Shown piece after piece: positions 53,561 through 64,000 of a stretch of DNA of 64,000 bases. The first letter of the stretch is position 1. Each line of letters starts with the position of its first letter. Made by a program: the position numbers and the translations under genes. The stretch spans positions 149,854,001 to 149,918,000 of the forward strand of contig NC_042997.1 of assembly GCF_006345805.1 (NCBI RefSeq). The letters run 5' to 3'. Under the pieces are notes generated by a model, which saw only the letters and a list, made by a program, of their open reading frames with translations, searched no databases and had not been told where the DNA came from. Origin of the DNA: Octopus sinensis (Eukaryota).

Positions 53561-56500
53561 GTGATTGTGAGATGGGAAATGAGACGGCGGTGAGACGGTG
53601 GGGGAAGAGAGACATGAGTTTAGCCATTAGAATTAGGGCTATTACTACAAGTCATTATGTTTTGTTACAATAACACCTTTATGACAGCCCTATAGAGGAA
53701 GTAAAACAAGGTGTCTAGATCGTTGGTTCGTTATTTTCCTAATTATATAATATAATTTTCCATTAGTTTGGCTGCATTCCAATGCAACATTAGAAATAGT
53801 AGTCAGTGTTAGAATCGTTAAAACGGCGGACAAAATGACTGGTCGAGTTTAGTTATATGCCTTTATTTTCTGAGTTCAAACTGAAGTATATTCGACCTTA
53901 TTGTATTTCTTCCTTAAGTGTCATTGTTTAAACACTATTCAAGTACTGTTATCGATCTAATAAACGGTTCATCCGTAAATCTTTTGCCATGTGCCTATGG
54001 TAAGGATCAATGTAATTGAGCACAATATTAAAGACCACGAGCAAATGGTTGAAAATTACTTTGTGAAATTTAGTTACATCCCTTTACGTTCTTATTTCAA
54101 GTACATCAAGTTCGACTTTCTACTTGAATGTATGATCTCACTAAAATCGAATAAGAGCTAAAGTTGATTTAGACTTCTGTCTTTCTTCACAATTCGTGGC
54201 ATTGCTCCTGTATATTAAGTCATTTCTATTATAGAATACAAGAACAAACTGGTTTGGTGAAATGTCACTTTATCAAAAGTTTGTTGTTACTTTCGTATTA
54301 TAGTTGTTTAACCCACCGTAAATCCTGATGAATCCGAACTGTGATGAACACCTTTCCAGCCGTACCTCTAATATACTTCTCATTTATAGTGGAGACTTCA
54401 TATTCAGTATATCGCTGTTTATTTTTATACTATATGATGCGATTTGAGGGAGGTTACTTACTGTGGTGGAGCCTCATTGAAGTTCTTTTAATCAGAAGAC
54501 ACAGTTCCTCTGGATATGTTACTACTCTTCAAAACTCGCATACAAACATATTTAAATTTAACATTGTTTCTATCGAGCAACTGAGATCGTTTCTTTGCAA
54601 AGGAAATTCGGGGAAAACAGTTTAGAAAGAAAATATAATGAAATGCACTTTCCAATATGTCAAGGCATGTCAGTACATTCTTAAACGCTTGTAGTTTATT
54701 TAGCAGTGTTCATGCAATGGTGGTGTTGCTTTCTTCTATGTCTTTGTGTCTAAATATATTCAAAAGTTCTAAGGGTGTAATTCACAAAAATAAAACTAAT
54801 TGGCATGCTCTTGTAAACAACATTTTAACGTGCACTTTTGTGCTGTTTGTAGAGTCGTCTAAATTTTGGCATGTTAACATCCCAAAATATATTTCTTGGT
54901 AACTGCATATCGATTTCATTTGCTTCTGAATTGATTTCAATATATTTCCAATATTTTTCTTAGCAACACTTTACTTCATGTGCAGATGTTGCTGACCTTT
55001 ATTTACTTTCGGTTAAACAGCAGGAGAAATATGAACCTGTTCGGGAGATAATTACTCCAATTCTTTTTAGGACGGGTCATAAATATGATGAGTAATGTTT
55101 TACTCTTAATATCGGCAGCATGTTAGTTCCAGATTATAGCAGTTTGTTGTAGATATATTAATAGACAATACGATTACCATTGCATTAAGAATTGTGTATA
55201 TATGCTTGTCGTAGAGTGAGTAATTAGGTTTTAAGTGAACATTAGTTTGGAGGCACATTCCTAAAGGACTAGTATAATTTCTAGTTCAATTTAAGCGTAA
55301 ATTTAAGGTAATTTACCAGTACAAGAATCGATCCAACTGCCACACAAATACTGAAAATCTAAATGCATATTTGCTACGAAGCATACATGCATATACACAC
55401 GTAAATACATGAGTATGTATATGCATATACATACAAACACACACACATATACACACAGTCACGCACACATAGGTGTATGCGTTTATATTTATATTTGTAT
55501 TTATATTTATATTTGTATTTATATTTGCATTTATTCTTAAAAATAATCACTACTATGCATGTTCAAATCTCATCTTTGCTAATAGGAATTTTATTATATT
55601 CCCAAATTGTTTGAAACAATAAAATTGCTAATCTTAACCTTCAAGTTCTATTTTCTATGTAAAGGGGTTTCTGTCGTTATTTCTGATTCATTGTTCCTGA
55701 ATTCCTAATCCGATATCGGAGATTTTTTAAAATAATTTACTTTTGTTATCAACCAAGCATTTCTGAACCTATTTTCTTTCTTATCATATGGAGCATGTTC
55801 TAATCCTCTTTGATGTGGAGGTATGATAAATTATGGTGATAATATGGATATATATTTATCGAACAGAACAATTACAACCGTGAAGTATACAGCAGGATTG
55901 CGGATGAATTTGTGAGTGATAGTCGTCGAATGTGTGTGCGTGCGTCGGTCCGTGCGCACATGCGTGCGTGCTTGTATGTGTTCGTGTGTGCGTGTGCATG
56001 TGTCTGTGTGCGCGTAAGATAATGCGTGTATGTGTTCGTGTGTGTGTTTGTGGGTGTTTCAGTGCGCGTATATGTGCTTTTGGTGGCTCCCACCACTGCG
56101 GTTTGTTGATGTTGAAATGATTGTTAACGTATTTATTTTTCTAGTGCATTATTATTAATATGCGTTGGTTGATCATATGTAATGCGCGATATGTTGCTTA
56201 ATGATAGTTTCGAAGTGGCATTTTATTCATTTTATTGCGAGGTTATGTATTTAAATTTTTCAATGTTTTTGTTTTCCTGGGCGTTGCATCTGTCGTGTTT
56301 ATTGTCTTAATTTTGTTTCTGTATTGTTTGCTAGTTTACTAAATTATTAGCATATTCATTTATTGATTAGCATTGCGGTTGTTGAATTAATAGATTTTTG
56401 TAGTGATTTTAATGTTTTGTGTGACGAAGTAATAGTTAAAGTCTTTTCATGAAGCAGATATTATAAATACCATTTCATATTTATACGTGATAATCATTGC

Positions 56501-57319
56501 CTTCATGCTCCTATTAGCATGATTTAGTATTTGGTTGTATTTTTACATTTTTATCATATATATAGCATTCTCAAGAAAAATTAGAAAATTGATCATGAAG
56601 CCGATATTCGTGTTAAAATGCAGCGAAATATCTTATTATACAAATAGTATAAGCTTAAGAACAAACATTCATGAAACACCACAGAAAATAATTTCTTGAT
56701 TTTTGAAAAGAAATCTGACGACAAGAGTTAAATGAAAAAGTATATATTTCATGTCCGGCTATAAGAAATCAGAATATGTCACCACTCCATTCCCATGATC
56801 CTGTCTAAATTTAGTCAGTAATGAGAAGTTCCACAAAATTTACGTCATACACAAGTTTTTTGAAATACTGTTCAAGGATTGTTGAAAGACGAGGAATTCC
56901 TATTATTTTAAACAAAAGGCAAGTGACTAAGAGGAAACACGAAATACTATATATCATCCGAAAAATATTTGATAGGTTAGTCGGAGTAATACTTTTTTAA
57001 TGAAAATCTATTCCTTATAATGTTTTTGCATATAAGTAACTTATTTACATACTTTAGGTCAACAGTCTAAATGGATGAGATCAAACTTCTTTCACAGCAA
57101 CAATATGGTTTCCTGTGCTATTATTCTGAATAATCTCATAGTCAATGTGTCATTCTTCTTCATTTTATTCTTATTTTGCTATCATGTACATTAAATGATG
57201 CGTCATTACACTTAGTGGCAAAAAACTTCCCAGACGGTTTTCTGCTAGCATGTTACATTTGATTTTAAGAAACTGCTATGATACGCATACCTGCCAATAT
57301 CTTGAAGTGAAACATATAC

Positions 57320-57402
<83 letters not shown>

Positions 57403-57563
57403 ACAAAATTAGAAAATGGAGAAACATACTTAAATCAATAAAACATCAACTATCAGATGATACCCAATCAATACTTTATTATACCATTACATATCAGTAA
57501 AGGCATTATACAAAATATACAGTAAATGTAAATAGACAAAGAGATATAAGTATAAAATTTCAA

Positions 57564-57636
<73 letters not shown>

Positions 57637-58357
57637 CTTGAAGGGAAAAGTTTCCAAGTAATTTGGATAAATAGTTATAGAATAAAAAATTTCAGAAATA
57701 GTCTCTCAAAGTAGCTAAAAAAAAGACCTTTGTAATCATAGTATATGAAAGCAATTGAATAAAGGCACCAGAGAAAAAGAGGAAGTGAGAATGAGAGAGT
57801 GAGTAATAGAGTGTATTTATTAGAAGGAAAGGAAGTGAAAGTAACTGAGAGTACAGAGAAAGACTACGGGTATTAAATGAAATCGCAAGGAAGGGTCACA
57901 AATTAATTTCTTGAGAAAGAAAAGAGATAATAAACCCCAACCACTAAAACCGCTCTCACCAGCACCGTCTCTCCATAACTTATACACAATCGTTAACTTT
58001 TATCACAATAGGGTTTTCGCTAAAAGATTTTATTTCTTTACCTCCTCTTTTCACTATCCCTCTTTCACACAATGGCCTATGAGAAACTAAAAAGAAAAAT
58101 ACAATTGTAGTTTTTGTGAAATTCATTTATGAAAAAAAAAAAATGTCGAAATGTAACCACTCGACTTCAGAAGTCGAGTGAGCATTGCGCCTCATTTATA
58201 TCTTTTCATATTTCCATTCGTTTTCTTAAATCTTTTCGTCTTAATTCATCTTCTTTTTGTATTTTAAGTTCACCGAGTTTGTTTGTCTTGCTTTGTATTA
58301 TCCCATTCTGTATATAGCCCCTTGTGGGTAATTAAAAAAATCACCTCTTTCACGTAT

Positions 58358-59432
58358 TACTTCTTCTTCTTCTTCTTCTTCTCCTTCTTCTTCTTCTTCT
58401 TCTTCTTCTTCTTCTTCTTCTTCTTCTTCTTCTTCTCCTCCTTCTTCTTCTTCTTCTTCTTCTACTTCTTCTCCTCTTCTTCTTCTTCTGCTTCTCCTTC
58501 TTTTTCCCCTCCTCCTCTTTCTTCTTCTCCTTCTTCATCTTCTTCTTATTCTTATTCTCAATCTTCTTCTTCTTCTTCTTCTTCTTCTTCTTCTCCTCCT
58601 TCTTTTTCTCCTCCACCTCCTTCTTCTTCTTCTTTCTTCTTCTTCTTCTTCTTCTTCTTTTCCTGCTCCTCCTCCTTCTTCTTCTTCTTCTTTTCTTTCT
58701 TTTCTTTCTTTCTTTCTTCTCCTTCCTCTTTTTTTTCTTCTTCTTTTTCTTCTCCTTCTTCTTCTCCTTCTTCTTCTTCTTCTTCTTCTTCTTCTTCTTC
58801 TTCTTCTTCTCCTTCTTTTTCTTCTCCTCCTCCTCCTTCTTCTTCTTCTTCTTCCCCTTATTCTTCTTCTCCTTCTTTTTCTTCTCCTCCTCCTTCTTCT
58901 TCTTCTTCTTCTTCCCCTTCTTCTTCTTTTTCTTCTTCTTCTTCTCCTTCTCCTCCTTCTTCTACTTCTTCTTTTTCTTCTTCTTCTTCTTCTTCTTCTT
59001 CTCCTTCTTCTTCTCCTACTTTTTCATTTTCTTCTTCTTCTTTTTCTTCTTCTTCTTCTTTTTCTTCTTCTTCTTTTTCTTCTTCTCCTTCTTCTTCTCC
59101 TTCTTTTTCTCATCCTCCTCCTTCTTCTTATTCTTCTTCTTCTTCTCCTTCCTCTTCTTCTTCTTCTTCTCCTTCTTCTTCTTCTCCTTCTTTTTCTTCT
59201 CCTCCTCCTCCTCCTTCTTCTTCTTCTTCTTCCCCTTCTTCTTCTCCTTCTTTTTCTTCTCCTCCTCCTCCTCCTCCTTCTTCTTCTTCTTCTTCCCCTT
59301 CTTCTTTTTCTTCTTCTTCTTCTCCTTCTCCTCCTTCTTCTTCTTCTTCTTCTTTTTCATTTTCTTCTTCTTCTTTTTCTTCTTCTTCTTTTTTTTCTTC
59401 TTCTTCTTCTTCTTCTTCTTCTTCTTCTTCTA
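58358..59432. repeat. ~1.07-kb (TTC)n/(TCC)n polypyrimidine tract with higher-order repeats
   Basis: Almost purine-free plus strand; block TCTCCTTCTTTTTCTTCTCCTCCTCCTCCTTC...TCCCC recurs near 58810, 58870, 59185 and 59245. Confidence 0.95.
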
Positions 59433-60164
59433 CCAGCATCAGCATCGGTATCATCATCATCATTCTCAATACCCCTTCAAATTCTCTACCAACCATTAGA
59501 TATCTATTCTTTCCCTACTCATATTATTGATGTTGGTTTAGTTGGACCGCCATCGTTATATCATCGTCATGCCTTTGCAGTTTTAGTCATTTTGGTTGCA
59601 GCTGTTGTTTCCACAGTGATCGTCGTAAATGAAGCTATCTTTACCGTTGTTGTTTTAGTTGCGTCGCTAGTTGTCATCGTCGGAGCTGTTGATCTTCTTG
59701 TTGATCTTCTTTGTTGTTAACGATGTTTTGTCGTCTGCTACTTAACATCATTTTACCAATGATTTTGCTGCCGTTGTTAGTGATAAGCTTGTCATCTTCG
59801 AAGACGATGTTATTTTCCTTCTTGCCATCACTGTCGTCGTTGTTGAAAATGGCGTCATCGATGTAAATATTATCGTCGTCAATGATTATTATTTTATTAT
59901 ATTTAAGTATATTTTGTTTGTTGTTGTTATTACAGGCGCCAACGTTCTCTTCTAAACATCAATATAACAGTTGTAGTTTTAGTTGCTGTAGATACATATT
60001 TCTTGTAAAATGGACGCCACGGTGGAATTGATATGACAACTTGCCTTTCTTCCACCATTAACTGGTAGAATGACCAGCCTTTTGATATATGAGTATGTGT
60101 TCGTAGCTAAGCATAAGAAGCGGATATTTTGTAAAATGCTAGATGTCGGATATATATATATATA

Positions 60165-60744
<580 letters not shown>

Positions 60745-60746
60745 AG

Positions 60747-61047
60747 CACCCACCGTACTCACCACATTTAGCACCTGCAGATTTCCATCTCTTCCCCAGA
60801 TGAAAATGCAGCTCAAAGGTCACCGTTTTAACATCGTTGTCGAGATCGGGAGCAATTCGCAGAAGGTCTAAGATTCGCTTACAGAGTACAATTACCAAGC
60901 CGAATTCCAAGAGTTTGCAGGATCGCTGGGAACGGTGTATTACTATGCAAGTTGGCAATTTCGAAGAAGATAATATTAAAGCTTAGGGATATAACCTATT
61001 TTTTATTCAGCATAACTAGGCTGGGAACCTTTCAATGCTACCTCGTA
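60747..61047 (+). mobile_element. mariner transposon 3' remnant
   Basis: [28 protein letters not shown] matches the mariner YSPDLAPxD motif; ends ...ACCTCG-TA. Confidence 0.85.
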
Positions 61048-61049
61048 TA

Positions 61050-61490
61050 TTGATTGATTGATTGATTGATTCTAGTTTCAGCTTATGAGCTGTGGCCATG
61101 CTGGGGCACCGCCATTTGGTGTTGCTACTTGGTTTCACTTCATGGAGGCTTTCTAGCAACTGCTATTTGGTGCATGAGAGAGTTCGATGCAGCTGCCCTC
61201 ATCTGCCCCTCCTGCCTTGAAGTTGGTTCATCTGGGACACCTGACAGGAAGAGATCCAGCTTCATTTTAAAGACATCTGTATCCACCCCATGTAGGTCTC
61301 TCAGGTTCTTCGGGAGGATATTGAAGAGCTGTGGGCCTCGGAAGCCCAGGCTATCACAGAATCTTGTCCTACATCTTGATGGCAGGTTTGGAGTCCTAGG
61401 CACCACGCAGTGGCGCCCAGTTCTGGCATTTGCGTAACTCTCGATGCCAAAGTTCAGGACACTTCCCTCCAGGATCTTCCAGATGGAAGA
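61050..61490 (-). mobile_element. 3' fragment of a second CR1-group LINE family with (AATC)n tail
   Basis: GPQLFNILPK...FKMKLDLFLSGVPDEP...NSL parallels the ORF2 C-terminus GPALFNIVP...FKQSLDRFL..IPDKP...NSL; 3' CATGGCC stem-loop. Confidence 0.85.
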
Positions 61491-61535
61491 TATATGTATA
61501 TATATATGTATATATATATTTATTTATATATATAT

Positions 61536-61618
<83 letters not shown>

Positions 61619-61640
61619 ATCTATCTCTCTCTCTCTCTCC

Positions 61641-61673
<33 letters not shown>

Positions 61674-61747
61674 GTTGTGTCTAGGTAGAGTCATTATGCC
61701 AATATTATTGATACACCCACTGATTCAGTTTTACTCATTATTAAACG

Positions 61748-61799
<52 letters not shown>

Positions 61800-62385
61800 G
61801 TGAACGTGTGCATGTGTGTATGTGTGCCTGTATGTTATATACTTATATATGAAAAAGTATATACCTATGTATCTATGTATATGTGACTGTGTGCTTGGTG
61901 ATGTGAATATGTGTGTGAGTGTCTGCCTCATTAAATACATGGGTGTGTCCAAGTTTTGTCAGTTATTCTGCTTTCAACTTTTCGCCTTTACTTATTAATT
62001 TTTTACAGTTTCGAACAAAAATGTTCCTAAATCCATATTCAACTTTTTCAGTACCACATGGTCTCATTTTCAAGAAGTGTTTCTTATAGAGTGCTTTAAT
62101 TCAAGGGGAATTTTCCGCTAAAGTCATTGTCGCATTAGCTTTATACGTCAGTAGTCACGTGTTGATTGGTTTGTTTCGCTCAATTTTTTTTTACCGTTAG
62201 AGTTCATATCAGAACATACGTGTTTATTTTTTTGATGCGTGTTAGCGTATTAATATTAGAAACAAAAAATTTCAGCAGCTGTCAGGTAAAACTTAGAGCG
62301 TTTTTAGTCATCACCTTATGAGAGTGTCCTCTCTTTACTATGACATTACTGCCACGTTGCACCGAGTAATTTTAGCCCACTTTGT

Positions 62386-62575
62386 ATTGGGTTGTCCGGA
62401 AAATTAGTGCATATATTTAAAGGAAAGTAAAAGGTCAACAAATACTTGCCATTACATTTTTAAACAACCAAATATGAAACATTTTGTTGCATAATGCCTC
62501 TCCATCTTTCCTTTAACTTGAAAATACCCTCTTCCCAGAATTGAGGTGGTTTCATGACAAAGAATTTATCAATTT
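62386..62575 (-). mobile_element. mariner transposon 3' remnant
   Basis: Minus translation DKFFVMKPPQFWEEGIFKLKERWRGIMQQN; terminus TA-TTGGGTTGTCCGGAAA. Confidence 0.7.
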
Positions 62576-62700
62576 AACTTTTTTTTTACCAGAATTGTGC
62601 AGATTTCTTCGAGAGTTTATTTACCAACTAACTTGGTGGCCTCGTAGAGATTCTTACAGCTCTGAGAAATTTACGTTACATCAGAATCAAATTACGAATA

Positions 62701-62911
62701 CAGTTCTATATTTAAGAGATGAGGAATTGTGTACATTATTTGCATTATTTACAGTTGACAGATTTTTGTCCTCATCTTATCTATTGTTAACACTACGTTT
62801 CGGCTGATATACCCTCCACAGCTTGCGCCAGGTGTCTTGGGAAAATTTCGAACCTGTATTCTCATTCCTAAGGTATTTTTCGATGTTGCTTTTGCTGTTG
62901 TTGTTGTTGTT

Positions 62912-62949
<38 letters not shown>

Positions 62950-62950
62950 A

Positions 62951-63038
<88 letters not shown>

Positions 63039-63081
63039 TCACTGCCTGGAATCGAACTCTTAACCACTACGCCATATGTCC

Positions 63082-63148
<67 letters not shown>

Positions 63149-63297
63149 CAACAACAACTTCGAAAAATAGCTTAGGAATGAGAAGCCAGGTTCGAAATTT
63201 CCTAAAAGACACCTGATGAAGGCTGGAGTGTGTAACAGACGAAAAGGAACAAAATAAGGACAAATATCCGTCAACTGTAAATAATGTAATTAATGTA
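62701..63297 (-). mobile_element. tRNA-headed SINE-like element with hammerhead-bearing tail (62701-63083, minus) plus inverted partial copy (63084-63297, plus)
   Basis: A box TGGCGTAGTGG (63074-63064), B box GTTCGATTCC (63057-63048), (AAT)n, hammerhead remnant in each arm; CAAATTACGAATA at 62688-62700 and 63298-63310. Confidence 0.75.
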
Positions 63298-64000
63298 CAA
63301 ATTACGAATATTTATTATCGGCTTGAAACATTAACCAGAAAGCATCGTAGACAAGGCAAGCATCAAACAAGTAATTTTCACAAGCAACGTCAAAGTTGAC
63401 TCAAATCTGTACCTCTACACTGTCTGAAACAGTATAGAGGTACGTCACACTAACTGGACGTACATTTCAATAGGTCAGTTTTGTCGTATGATGCCATACT
63501 GTTTCTAGCAGAGAAAAACAATTGTGCATGAAATACTCAGTCAATCACATGCTGCTTTAATGAAGAAGTTGTTCTGTAGATTATGACCAAGGAATATTCA
63601 TTGTCGAAACCGACGAAAATCCACTTTATTTTTATAATGTAAATACCTTGGAAGCTTCTTTTATTATATAATATATATGTGATGACTTATGGAAGATATC
63701 TAATATAAGATATATTAAAGATTACAAATATCGCCTATCAGAAAACTTGCTTCTTTCTAATTAGAGATTTAAATCTCTTGCCTTGTCTTAACAAGATGTT
63801 AATACATTGTAAATTTAAATGTAATTATCTAAAGGCGATGCGTATATAAGTGTTTTAGTGACTAATATATGAAATAGTTACTAATAAGCGTCCTTTCCGT
63901 GAAACCGTGTTAATTTTTTATTTACTTGGAGCTTAAATCGAAAAGGCTAACAATATTGTGCGAACTTTGTGCTTTCGTGAAGAATCACCGACAGGATCAA

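Noticed and set aside
58283-59530. 415-aa Ser/Phe/Pro-rich ORF and opposite-strand Lys/Glu-rich ORFs
   Set aside because: Open only because the TTC/TCC tract cannot encode stop codons

Overview
AT-rich, microsatellite-dense eukaryotic DNA. The repeat families and the (TA)n/(AGAT)n/(ATT)n landscape suggest a cephalopod (Octopus-like) genome; this is an inference. I recognise no host protein-coding exon, rRNA, true tRNA or CRISPR array, so the window looks intronic or intergenic. Nearly all supplied ORFs are translations of simple repeats. The real coding content is transposon-derived: one uninterrupted 993-aa APE-endonuclease + RT ORF2 of a CR1-group LINE (50280-53261), fragments of related LINEs, three Penelope-like GIY-YIG remnants, a decayed R4/Dong-like element, an internally deleted HERO-like element, an RTE 3' end, Tc1/mariner remnants and many tRNA-derived SINEs. 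The most interesting signal is RNA structure. About ten hammerhead-ribozyme-like motifs can be read by eye. They include (i) an intact-core type I hammerhead with a possible loop II pseudoknot behind a Penelope endonuclease (35629-35716, minus strand), (ii) a rearranged, non-circularly permuted hammerhead-like fold in the HERO-like 3' UTR (44830-44928), and (iii) a tRNA-headed SINE-like element with a Penelope-type hammerhead tail, inserted as an inverted pair with a 13-bp target-site-like duplication (62688-63310). Folds and alignments were done by eye, and element boundaries are approximate.
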